DNA of 20,000 nucleotides from positions 45,782 through 65,781 of the forward strand of contig JAPEUG010000051.1 of assembly GCA_026025795.1 (NCBI GenBank), written 5' to 3'. Position 1 is the stretch's first letter; each line of letters opens with the position of its first letter. The position numbers were made by a program, and so were the translations under genes. The notes under the pieces were generated by a model. The model did not search any database. It worked only from the letters and a program-made list of their open reading frames with translations, and was not told the DNA's origin. Positions 1 to 12,040 of this stretch are shown in pieces. The DNA comes from Thelocarpon superellum (taxonomy: Eukaryota).

Positions 1-239
1 ACTCCCGTCCGTGCACTCCTGGGTGTTCCTCATCGCCACTCTAGCTGGCCTCGACGTGGCAGACTCCACGCATCCTTTCCCGACGTCAATCGACCACTCA
101 TCTGGGGAATGCACCTTCGAGCCACCCGAGTGTCTCACGCCGGAGTCTGTTGAGCCCCAGCATTCTTCGCTCCCCCCGGAGCTGCGACCGACGGGCCTCG
201 TAGTGACACCGCGAGGAGCTCCCGACGCCCGTCGCCATC

Positions 240-2461
240 ATGTCGTGGAAGCTGACAAAAAGTATGTGATGCTCCTTGATCCTCACGCTCACTTCCATGG
301 GTGATCCATCGTGCCGTGTGCTATTGGTGGTCGAGCTCGCCCAGATGTAGCGTTGCTGAACGGGCCAAAGCTGACTCCATAATAGAGCTCAAGGATACGC
401 ATCTTGCACCTCTGGCTAATACCTTCAACCGATCCTCGTCCACCTCCACTATCACTCCCGTTGACGCGTCCAAGGATAGTCTCAACAGCAGCAGTACTAG
501 CGACAATGGCATTGGTGGGTCACCTCTTTCGAATGACGGTCTGGCCGGGCCGGGTGCTGACCTCATCACAGCCGCGTCAGAGGCCAATGCGTCCCCGCCC
601 GCGGCCCCGGTGAAGCCGGGGATCCTCATCGTCACGCTCCACGAGGGCAAAGGCTTCTCGCTGCCGCCGGAGTACCAAGCCCGCCCGCCGTCATCATCGC
701 AGCCGCAGGGCTCGTTAGCGGCCGGCGGCGGCGGCGGCTTCTCCGTCTCGGGCTCGCTACGTGGCCCACCATCCATGGCGCCCAGCCACACGGGCGTATC
801 TTCCTCGCTTTCAAGTTCCACAACCCTCGGCTCCAACACTGGCACCGGCGGCATCAATGCTGTGCCCACCAATCATGGCCGCTATTCCTCCAAGTATCTC
901 CCCTACGCCCTGCTCGACTTTGACAAGCTCCAGGTATTCGTCAACGCGGTGTCGGGCTCGCCGGAGAATCCCCTCTGGGCTGGTGACAACACGGCCTACA
1001 AGTTCGATGTGTCGCGCGTGACGGAGCTATCGGTGCAGATCTATCTGCGGAACCCTAGTGCCTCGCCCGGATCGGGCCGCAACGAAGACATCTTCTTGGG
1101 CGTGTGCCGGGTGAACCCGCGATTCGAAGAGTCCAAGCCCTTCGTGGAAGACCCCAAGAGCAGCAAGAAGGATAAGGAGAAGGCGGCCGCGGCCTTTGCC
1201 CAGCAAGAGCGCACTCGCGGACAGATCGGATCGGAGTGGCTGGAGGTGTCGTATGGCACGGGACAGCTGAAGATCGGGGTCGAGTACGTGGAGAACCGAG
1301 CGCGCGCGCTGAAGATCGAGGACTTTGAGCTGCTCAAGGTCGTGGGCAAGGGCAGTTTCGGCAAGGTCATGCAGGTCATGAAGCACGACACCCACCGCAT
1401 CTACGCCCTGAAGACCATCCGTAAAGCGCACATCATCTCGCGGTCGGAAGTGGCGCACACGTTGGCGGAACGCTCGGTCCTGGCGCAGATCAACAACCCC
1501 TTCATCGTGCCCTTGAAATTCTCCTTCCAGTCCCCCGAGAAGCTCTACTTGGTCCTGGCCTTTGTCAACGGCGGCGAGCTCTTCCACCATCTTCAAAAGG
1601 AGCAGCGCTTCGACATCAACCGGGCTCGCTTCTACACGGCGGAGCTACTATGTGCCCTGGAGTGCCTGCACGGCTTCAACGTCATCTACCGCGACTTGAA
1701 GCCCGAGAACATCCTGCTCGACTACTCGGGTCACATCGCGCTGTGCGACTTTGGCCTCTGCAAGCTGGACATGAAGGACGAGGACCGGACGAACAGTGAG
1801 CTGTATGGATTCCTCTTGAAATCGATGCTGACCAATTGATAGCCTTCTGCGGCACGCCCGAGTACCTGGCCCCAGAGCTGCTCTTGGGTCAAGGCTACAC
1901 CAAGACGGTGGATTGGTGGACGTTAGGCGTGCTCTTGTACGAAATGCTTACGGGGCTTCCGCCCTTCTACGACGAGAACACGAACGAGATGTACCGCAAG
2001 ATCCTCTCGGAGCCCCTACACTTCCCCGGACCCGAAGTGGTGCCCCCGGCGGCGAAAGATCTTCTTACCCGTCTACTCGATCGGAACCCGCAGCGACGCA
2101 TGGGCTTTAACGGCGCGTCGGAGATCAAAGCGCACAACTTCTTTCATGCCATCGACTGGCGCAAGCTGCTCCAGCGCAAATACGAGCCAACCTTCAAACC
2201 CGACGTGGTATGTCTGCTGGCTGCACTCCGTGACTTGATGGTCACGCTAATCCTGACGTGTAGGCTGATGCCCTGGACACGGCCAACTTTGACCGTGAGT
2301 TCACCTCGGAGGCGCCGACCGATTCCTTCGTCGAGGGCCCCATGCTCTCACAGACGATGCAGCAGCAGTTTGCGGGCTGGTCGTACAATCGCCCCGTCGC
2401 CGGGCTGGGTGACGGTGGTGGGAGCGTCAAAGATCCCGCGTTTGGTAGCGTGAGCGGGTAG
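240..2461 (+). CDS. ypk1: AGC-family Ser/Thr kinase Ypk1/Gad8 (YpkA) ortholog; 4 exons: 240-261, 386-1795, 1843-2207, 2264-2461 (664 aa)
   Basis: Spliced N-terminus MSWKLTKKLKDTHLAPL. C2-like region PYALLDFDK...FDVSR. Kinase motifs GKGSFGKV, YRDLKPEN, DFG, and activation loop TNTFCGTPEY joined across intron 1796-1842. C-terminal hydrophobic motif FAGWSY. Introns 262-385, 1796-1842 and 2208-2263 are all GT..AG with GCTGAC/GCTAAT branch sites and keep the frame. Confidence 0.95.
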
Positions 2462-3526
2462 CTACCCGGTCAGTCCACGTGCGAGAGATAGACATGACGA
2501 AGATGACGATGCACTACACTGCGAGGCATGATGGACAGGAGCACTTCAAATGGGGTCGGAGGTGACGGTGAATGGGAATAGTTTGCAGCAGATCTCCACA
2601 CACCAATGCCGGGACGTGCCGCACTCTGGGCACTGGCGTCTACCAGCGGCGTCACCTCTCAGGTAGTAGCGAGCGAGATCAAAATACAACGTGTCGGCGT
2701 GTCGGCGTGCGTTGTACAGCTCGATCGATGTAATGCCAGATGGGAGCCACGTCCCTTGCCCTGTCTAGGTCGTTACTTGGTAGCGGATCAGTGCGACCAG
2801 AGAACAGCACAACCAACGGTCATCTGCGTGAGAAGACGACAAAGCGTCATTCGCTGCCTGCGTTCCTCAGTACGAGTATGGCCGCACACCCGTCAAACTA
2901 CAATGTGAACCAACTTCGTGTCTTTGCCGCACATTTCTGGGCTCGCCGCGCTCATCAGCATGCGAGAGGCAGGTATTTCTGCGGCTCTCTTCCCGAGTAA
3001 TCTTGGCGTGCTTACGCTCGAAAGAGCCAAGTTCCGCTGTTTTTGAATGGGAGTACCGTAGGGCAAAGGAACGGGCCTCGCACGAGAGACCGGAGGTATT
3101 GCGCGGATGCATGAGCGACGACGGGTCAACGCCACGGCGTAAATGACGCTAATGGTGGGGCTGTTGGGCGGAACGACAAGACTTGACGGGACCAAAGCGA
3201 CAGCGAAGGGAGTGGACTAGGCCTCCGAAGCTGCCGAGTCGAACCCCTCCATCACCACGTCACATGCAGTCACCGTGCGGTGCTGGCAGTGGCAGGCCAA
3301 ACAGTCCCCGTTAATCATCGCTGACGCACTTCTTTCTCAGCAACAGCTCTTCGCTCGCTCCCTCCCCGCCCGCCTCAGCTCAATTTCTCCTCTCCCCCAC
3401 TCCCTCCAGTTGAGCCCTCGACGTGCCATTGAAAGCTCGTAGCTCGCACTCGAAGCTTCATACACTTCTTGCTCCTTATCTCCACCTTCACGCCACCAGA
3501 GCCCAAAGCCACACTCGATCCTTACG

Positions 3527-5427
<1,901 letters not shown>

Positions 5428-6031
5428 GGTCGTTCTGGGAGCGAGCCGATGAAAAAAAGACTGGTGCTGGAGAAATGGGGTTGATAAGGAGATCCAAGTA
5501 CGGGAGGAGGTAGTAAGGTGGCAATCCGAGCATATCAAGATATGACATATCGAGGGTCGTACTCGGTACTTAAGAAGAGGAAGCAGAATGCGAGTGAGAA
5601 GACGTGTGTCTACTCAAACACAGATTCAGATTCAATTTCAGATGTAGATTGGACCGTCTCTTCTTTTCTCTTTCTACCTTCCTACCTACCTATCTACGGG
5701 GAACGGGATAGCTACACGATTGTTCCATGAATGTCCACAGTGCTATGTTCAGTGGCGGTGATGAAACTGACCACCGAGGCCCAATCAAACGGGTCAGCGT
5801 CATCCGCGGGTGGGGACGCTGGTGCTTCAGGTAGTGGTGGGCCATACTGGCTGGGCTCGGCGCTCCCCAAAGGCCACAAAGATTGCATGCATGCAATGAG
5901 TATGGTAGACGGAGTAGACTCGATTACACTTCTGTGTTGTTTCTCTCTCTTCTCTCCTCTCTCTTCTTTCTTTCGTGCTCGCTCGCTCGATACTCGCTGG
6001 TACGCTGACTCACTTGCTTCCTCCCTTCCTG

Positions 6032-6121
6032 CTTCCCTCCCTACCTCGTTTCATCGCTCCGTCATTCCATTCTCCCTCCCCACTTCCCTCCCTACCTCGT
6101 TTCATCGCTCCGTCATTCCAT
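6032..6121. repeat. 39-bp exact direct repeat (6032-6070 and 6083-6121, period 51) in a pyrimidine-rich intergenic/3'UTR region
   Basis: CTTCCCTCCCTACCTCGTTTCATCGCTCCGTCATTCCAT occurs twice, 12 nt apart. Confidence 0.9.
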
Positions 6122-6183
6122 CCTCGTCAATCCATCATTGAGTCAATCCAGCAAATTCAGTAAACCATTCAAATCAAATCAAA

Positions 6184-8256
6184 TCATAATTCCAGCTGCA
6201 ACTCCGTCACGCGCTGGTACATCTCTAGTGCGCTATCGCTGTCTCGAAACTACGTCTTCATGTATTAGTCATCGGAGTCATGTGAAGATGTGTGTACGGA
6301 GGGTGAGACACGGGAGACGGGAGACGGGAGAGGGGAGAGGAGCGACTATATCACCTTCAACTGCATCATGGTGGGTTTCCCCCCCTCTAGAATGGTCAGC
6401 ATGATGGACCGACTGGATTTCGTCGACGTGGGCACGGCGCCCTCGGGACTGAGCAGTTTCATGTTCTTGTAGATGGGCGCATTGAGAATGACGCGGTACA
6501 CGCCCGACGCGCGCATCAGTAGTCGCGCGCTCGTCTTCATCGTCGTGTCCACGCCTTCATCCTCCTCCTCGTCTTGTTCTTCTTCTTGCCCGTTGCCGCC
6601 TTCGTTGCCTTCGTTGCCTTCGTCCTCGTGGCTGGAGGGCGGCGGAGGGCGCGACGCGTTCACTTTTAACACTCCCGCGCCTCGCTCCTTCCATCCGTGC
6701 TCCGCTGCGTTGTCGCCGCGCATTAGATGGTACAATTTCGCGTGGCCGGAAAAGACCGTCTCTTCGTCTTCTTCACCCGTCTCGACTGCATCGTGATGTC
6801 TGTTAGCGTGCTGGACTCTCATATGGCCACTTCCCCCTGCTCACCCTCTTGTTGTTGGAACCGGCGGTCTTCGCTGGCTTGTCTTGCCTTCTCACCGTCC
6901 TCGCCATTGCCGTCAGCATCACCATCACCCTCGTCGTCCTCGTCGTCATCGTCTTCATCATCGCCTTCTGGCGCTCCAAATGCCTTGGACGGATGGTCAC
7001 TCAGCCCAATGATCCCCGTCCCTGTCTTGGAGGTGAAGCTTGTGAGTCCACCCTTGGATCCGCCGAAGCCACCCGTAAGACCACCACCAAGACCTTCGCC
7101 AAGTTTTCCAAATCCAGACGTAGTATTGGAGCCAAAGACCAAGGGCGTGCCGCCCAGCGCTCCTCCGAATGTGCTCGACGACGGAGATTTTTTCGCCGCC
7201 AACCCGGCGAAGCCTGAGGCTGTCGGATTGCTCGCCCCGAGCGTGCCAAATGGAGAGGCATTAGATCCAGCCAGGGCGGCAAATCCTGATGCAGCAAAGG
7301 CCGATGAGGACTGTTCCGATGCCTCTTTGCTCTCGTTTGCTTCGCTCGAGGTCCCTACAGTATTTCCCGACTTCGGGCTGCCTAACGTGGCAAACGGTGA
7401 GATAGCTGACGTATTGGCGAAGCCGCTGGTGGGAGGGACCTTCGAAAGTAGTCTCAGCAACGTAGATAGCTTTACAGCTTGGACCCCAACATACCTTGGC
7501 GGGCTCCTTGGATTCCTTGCTTACCGCTTCTTGCGACGCGTCTCGATATCGCTTCTTCTCCGGTTGATCGCGGAAGATTCGGCTCGTTCGATTGGTTGTC
7601 GTCGTTACTCGATCTGGTTCCTCCGACCCTCTTTGCTCCTCCGTAGACTCGTCCTTCGCGGGCTCATCCTCCCTAGCGTGATCTTTGTCGAATTGGTCCC
7701 GGCTCCGCTTCTTCTTCGGCGATGCCAGTCGTTCCTTGGCATCCTCCATGGACGCATCGGCAGTGGCTGAGGGCGACACAGGTGTATCGCCAATGGTTGG
7801 GGAAGAGCTGGTAGGAACATTCTCCGCGTCGTTCTCCTGCGCGGGGATCGATGCGATTGGCGTCTGAGGCCGATCTGCCGACGCATCTTCATCACCGGCT
7901 GCGGGCCTATCCGAAAGCTCCAAGATCCCTTCCATTCCTCCCTTGGTGGTCAAGGTCGTCGAAGAGGGGACGACGGCTCCATCCTTTCCTTCGATCTTGC
8001 GTTCAACGGCGGGTCCTCCAGTGGCCGCACCGTTCTCCCTCTCGTCTCCTTTCTTATGGGACGTATGGGATGAGGAACGTGCGACGGATGTTTGTGCCTG
8101 CTCCAGGACGTCATCCACGCCTCCCTCTGATCCTGACGCTGTCGACCGCATCTTGCCCGACTGATTTAGCACACCCAGGCTCGCGTTCTTGAGCTTTTCT
8201 CGCACGGGACGCTCATTATCATTGTCGCTGGGCGAATCTTCTTCGGTGGAGGGCAT
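6184..8256 (-). CDS. FG-repeat, RanBD (RanBP1-domain) protein, Yrb2/RanBP3/Nup56-like; 4 exons: 8256-7495, 7439-6845, 6785-6355, 6249-6184 (~617 aa)
   Basis: Acidic N-terminus with NLS-like PKKKRSRD and PEKKRYR. Central FG/GF-rich region (SPFG, TFGG, SGFG, GGFGG, AFG). C-terminal RanBD: VETGEEDEETVF...WKERGAGVLKVN...ARLLMRASGVYRVILN. Introns 7494-7440, 6844-6786 and 6354-6250; the last has a CTAAT branch site and adds terminal exon FRDSDSALEMYQRVTELQLEL*. Confidence 0.82.
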
Positions 8257-9429
8257 TTCGGGTGTCAGGCCGTAGTAGGAAGGGTGGAGTCGGTTGACGT
8301 GGGTCTAAATGAAACAAAGCAAGTCAAGTCTGTTCAAGGCGGAGGATCAGCGCCGATCCCAATGATTGTATGCGTCGGGCCGTTGGGAATGCCTTCACAG
8401 AGCCTCATTTGTAGCTTGCGGCCGTAGAAAGGTTGAACGTGAGGGTAGGGGCCTGACCTATTGCGTTGGATAAGTAGCAGCCGCAGAGGGAAAGGACCCT
8501 GGACTGTGCAGTGGGATCACTTGTGTTACTCGCACGACGAGATGGCCTTCACCGTTGACCGTTCACGAAGGCCTTAGTCTGATCACGCCCGGTGCATTGC
8601 CAAAGCCGCAAGATTGAGTCCACTAGGACCGTCGTGGTCAAGAGGCTCGTGGACGGAGACACTCTCTCCACAGAACGGTACCAAGCGGCCCTACGAAGCG
8701 TAGTGGCCACGAGACCGGCCTCGAGAGGGTCTTCGGGGAACGGCGGGTATGGACAGATCTGTCTCGAGGGTGGCTCTATCGAGGAATTGACCGCTCACAT
8801 GCGTAGGCACCGGTCAGTTTCCGATACGAGGTCGGCCTCGATTAATTCAGGTGGGGGGTGACGGGGTTTTCTGGTCCCGTCCGCTCAACACGCGGGCGCC
8901 GGAGACGGCAGAGTGCACAACAGAGCCAAGAGATCCGATGATCCGAGACTTACGAGATTCGACGGGGATGAGGGTTCGTGAAAGGAGAGAGTCGGGCAGC
9001 CGGGCAGCAGCAATAGCGACAGTCTGGCCGGTGAGATGTGGTTACGCATTGATAGGCCAGGACCGCGAATTAGCGACCGACGTGCCCCCGCAAATCACAC
9101 GTCAATCTCGCGCCGCGGTGTCGTGGGCGTGGGGAGGCCCACTTGCCGCGGGTCCGTAGTGCAGAATCAAACCGGCACCGGAGCCAGTCAGAGCATTGCC
9201 CAGGCCACCGACGCGACCGCTGCTGGTCCTCTTCGAGGTCGCATTCGACTCTCCCTCCGAGCGTCGACGCAAGATTACGCTTGACGCGTGCATGGCTGGC
9301 ACTTGGCACTTGGCACAGCGTCCTGGATACATGTCTGCCTATCCGTCCTGATACATCAAGGTGCATTTACAGTGATCCGATAAAGAGATGAAGGAGCCAA
9401 GGGGTATTCGGTGGACCACGTGCTCCAGC

Positions 9430-10484
9430 TCAGCTGATGAAGCAGAGACATCCCAGGCCCACGTAGAAGACGAACAGCGGGTAGACGGCAATCCCCACCC
9501 GATTCTTCACCACTCCCGACCCGCCCAAGATACTGACGCCCGCTGCCAAGGACCAGCCCACCAAGACAATGTAGACGGGGATGCGAGCGATCGTCGGCAA
9601 GTGTAGGGCGCTGAACATGGCCGCCAGCACCAAGGGAAAGAGCGTGTAGCCGATGAGACAGATCGACTGGAAGAATGAACTGTCTCACTGCGTCAGCTCG
9701 GGTGGTGGGGTGAGTATTCGACTGCTCCAGCGACTCACATGTTTCCGCCGAGTAGCTTGATCTGCAGCGTCACCACCGCCTCACCGATCCAGACCATGGC
9801 AAAGACGCCCGAGAAGACGAGGGACTTCTGTGCCTCTTGGGCGGAGAGCGAGAGGAGTAAGGAGAGCAGCAGACAAAATACGAGCGGGCCCCTGTACAAG
9901 ACCGGTGAGCATAGAAGATCATGGCGGCCCGGAGTGATGGGCCGTATCATACCACAAGTCCCAATCGCGCAGGCCCTCGCTCATGCCTCCTTGAAGCACC
10001 ACGTCGGCGTCTGGCCACCGACCGACCCCCAATAAGCCGCCAACCCCTTCGCGCTGGGCACCACCAATGCCGCCGCCTCGTTGCAGAACGCCGCCCAACA
10101 AGTACTTGGGCCAAAGCACCTGGCGCATCTTCTCCCACACCGCCAGCAGGTCACGGGACAACGTCTCCCATACACTCTCATCAATGGTGTTGGTCGGTGC
10201 GCGCCGATCCTCGCCGGGAATCGAGGAGGTTAGGTACGATTGGTTTAGAGGGTTATTGGACGATTGTGGCTGGATGTGGCCCGTCAACGGCGCCCGTTGA
10301 GACGTGCTCGCAATCGGATCATCGAGATCATCCAAGGTCGCTGGTGTGCCATGTATCAGCGTTATTCGAGAGAACGATGGCCGTTCACGATGGGATCTGG
10401 CGTACCGTCATCCGGATCTATCAGATCAGGCTCGACCGAAGGGCTTGCATGATTATCATACGGGTTCGACGATGAGCTTGCCAT
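9430..10484 (-). CDS. Yip1-domain Golgi/ER membrane protein (Yip4/YIPF6-like); 4 exons: 10484-10406, 10340-9953, 9891-9739, 9679-9430 (289 aa)
   Basis: Motifs NTIDESVWETLSRDL, LRDWDLWGPLVFCLLLS, KLLGGNISFFQSICLIGYTLFPL and AVYPLFVFY, with multiple TM helices. Three GT-AG introns (10405-10341, 9952-9892, 9738-9680) restore the frame. Confidence 0.9.
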
Positions 10485-11195
10485 GGTCGGCTGGCGACGG
10501 CAATCATCCACTCTTCAGTTTCGCGCGTCACTGCTCACCCGAGCGGCTCCGTTGCGACCAGGACGTCCGGGTCGAGATGGCGGAAAACGTTAACCCGAAG
10601 CTGTTGGGGCTCAAGATCCTGACCAAACGTTGGCGAGGGACAGCTAGACCTTCCGACCGTTCGGTTCGCTGACTGCAGGTCCGACCTATTCCCGTCACGG
10701 GACTCGAGCTATTTGCCTTTCTTCCTCCTTTTAGTGGTCCACCCTGCCAACATTGCTCACAGAATACATTGACCATATAAGACTCATCGCGTGATTCTAT
10801 GCTTTGGAGGTTGGGCAATGTCTAGACACGTACTCGAATCGTAACTAAGCATTTCATCACGCGGCAGACGGCTAGATCGGTCCGGCAGTCAGGCTTCGGC
10901 AGGGTGGCGCGGCTATTTAGCACCAGTCGCCCAGAGGAAGTGGGTTTCACTAGGCAGGGAGACGATGTTCGAAGTTCCTTGTAGTTAGCCAGTTAGCCAC
11001 TTACTTAGGTAACTGCCACAAAACCGGATACGCCTCTCTAAGCCGCCTGCGGTATGAAACCGGGCAGGTCGTTAAAGAACGTCATCACACCCGCTAATGA
11101 TGTAGCTCTGCAGCGAGGGACGATGAACCAGGGAAATATAAGAGAAGACATGGCTCAATCATCCTCTGCAAAACATCATCTCTATTCAGCTGAAC

Positions 11196-11529
11196 ATGGC
11201 GGACCTCTACTTTATTCTCACCATGGTTATGGCCATCTTTACCATCCTCACCGTCGCCCTCGTTGGCGCATGGTACGGAGGGTACCTCGAACCGATCATC
11301 GTTCGCGTGACCAAGTTCATCTTCATCTACAAAGCCAAGGCCGAAGAAAAGGCGTTGGAGGCGCAGGGGAAGAAGGCTGGGGTGGATTTCGTCAAAGGTA
11401 CCTTTCCTCCGACCCCACTCTCGCATGATATCCGCGGCACGTGCTCACTGATCAACAGGGGACTTGCATGGAAACAAGCAAGCCGACGCCGTCGAAAACG
11501 AGGGCTTGGGCGCACTGAAGAAGCTCTGA
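11196..11529 (+). CDS. Small single-pass membrane protein of unknown function; exons 11196-11397 and 11459-11529 (90 aa)
   Basis: ATG in AACATGG context and a hydrophobic N-terminal helix (LYFILTMVMAIFTILTVALVGAWYGG). A 61-nt intron GTACCT...CTGAT..CAACAG gives a charged tail KAKAEEKALEAQGKKAGVDFVKGDLHGNKQADAVENEGLGALKKL*. Confidence 0.7.
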
Positions 11530-11806
11530 TAATATTGGCACGATTCAAGCCCTGATCCTGCTGCGATTTGTGGAGAAAAATGGAGCCTGCTGTACTTCTG
11601 TGCCGATGGTAGAATGTAAACTGGTGTTGCGGCTGTGCAAAAACAAACGATAGACCTACATGCCTGTGAAGTTTAGCTGCACAGTTTTTGGACAGAATAG
11701 CATTCTCTGGAGACCGGAAATTAAAGTCGATGAGGTAGAAAGATCCGCCCAATGATGCAAGTACGGATGATAAATCCGATGTTGAGGAATAAACTTGAGT
11801 TGAGTT

Positions 11807-11813
11807 TATATAA
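11807..11813 (+). promoter_or_regulatory. Putative TATA element upstream of the tRNA-Pro gene
   Basis: TATATAA lies 31-25 nt upstream of the mature tRNA 5' end (11838), the typical TFIIIB/TBP position. Confidence 0.5.
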
Positions 11814-11873
11814 TAGAATAGGCCACTTAACTCGACCGGCTCAATGGTCTAGTGGTATGATTGTCGCTTCGGG

Positions 11874-11937
11874 ATTTCATCGCCTGAGTGTTAGAAGCAC
11901 TCTTCTGCGGTTACACTTTGGTGAAGCCATAGAAAAA
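11874..11937 (+). other. Canonical-position (37/38) tRNA intron, 64 nt
   Basis: Starts one base 3' of the anticodon and lacks GT-AG ends. Contains hairpins GAGTGT/GCACTC and TTTCATC/GGTGAAG. Confidence 0.85.
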
Positions 11938-11959
11938 TGTGACAGGTCCCGGGTTCAAA

Positions 11960-12009
11960 GTAAATCTTTCATCCTAACTCCTTTGACCCATTAACTTACT
12001 GTTCGTTAG
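11960..12009 (+). other. 50-nt GT-AG (spliceosomal-type) intron inserted in the tRNA T-loop between positions 59 and 60
   Basis: GTAAAT donor, branch-like CTAAC (11974-11978) and TTAAC (11991-11995), pyrimidine-rich body, TTAG acceptor. Exact removal restores T-loop TTCAAAT. Confidence 0.75.
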
Positions 12010-12040
12010 TCCCGGTTGAGCCCCAACTCAACTTGCCTTC

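Larger units (their letters stand above)
11838..12023 (+). tRNA. tRNA-Pro(CGG) with two introns; exons 11838-11873, 11938-11959, 12010-12023 (72 nt mature, without CCA)
   Basis: Joined sequence GGCTCAATGGTCTAGTGGTATGATTGTCGCTTCGGG/TGTGACAGGTCCCGGGTTCAAA/TCCCGGTTGAGCCC. Acceptor stem GGCTCAA:TTGAGCC pairs 7/7. Anticodon stem GTCGC:GTGAC, anticodon CGG at 11870-11872. T-stem CCGGG:CCCGG, T-loop TTCAAAT, discriminator C. This is the typical eukaryotic tRNA-Pro pattern. Confidence 0.92.

Noticed and set aside
301..385. N-terminus of the 512-aa ORF (MIHRAVCYWW...)
   Set aside because: It has a GTG start inside intron 1. The real start is ATG240, giving MSWKLTKK.
2459..2491. TAG-CTA readthrough-like context at the ypk1 stop
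   Set aside because: The extension LPGQSTCER carries no recognisable signal, and the strong motif is TGA-CTA(G).
6032..6121. Repeat-spacer-repeat as CRISPR-like
   Set aside because: Eukaryotic context, only two copies, a 12-nt spacer, and no cas genes.
6727..7770. Long antisense or alternate-frame ORFs here and over ypk1, pgi1, the RBR and the PAS genes
   Set aside because: These are expected shadows of GC-rich coding sequence and carry no independent motifs.
11752..11994. 80-aa ORF over the tRNA locus
   Set aside because: It has no protein-like features and is fully explained by the tRNA gene. It does not account for the GT-AG insert, because its stop lies inside it.
11959..12010. AGT direct repeat at both ends of the T-loop insert as a transposon target-site duplication
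   Set aside because: Removal by the repeat (49 nt) leaves an abnormal 8-nt T-loop and there are no terminal inverted repeats. GT-AG removal (50 nt) gives the canonical loop.
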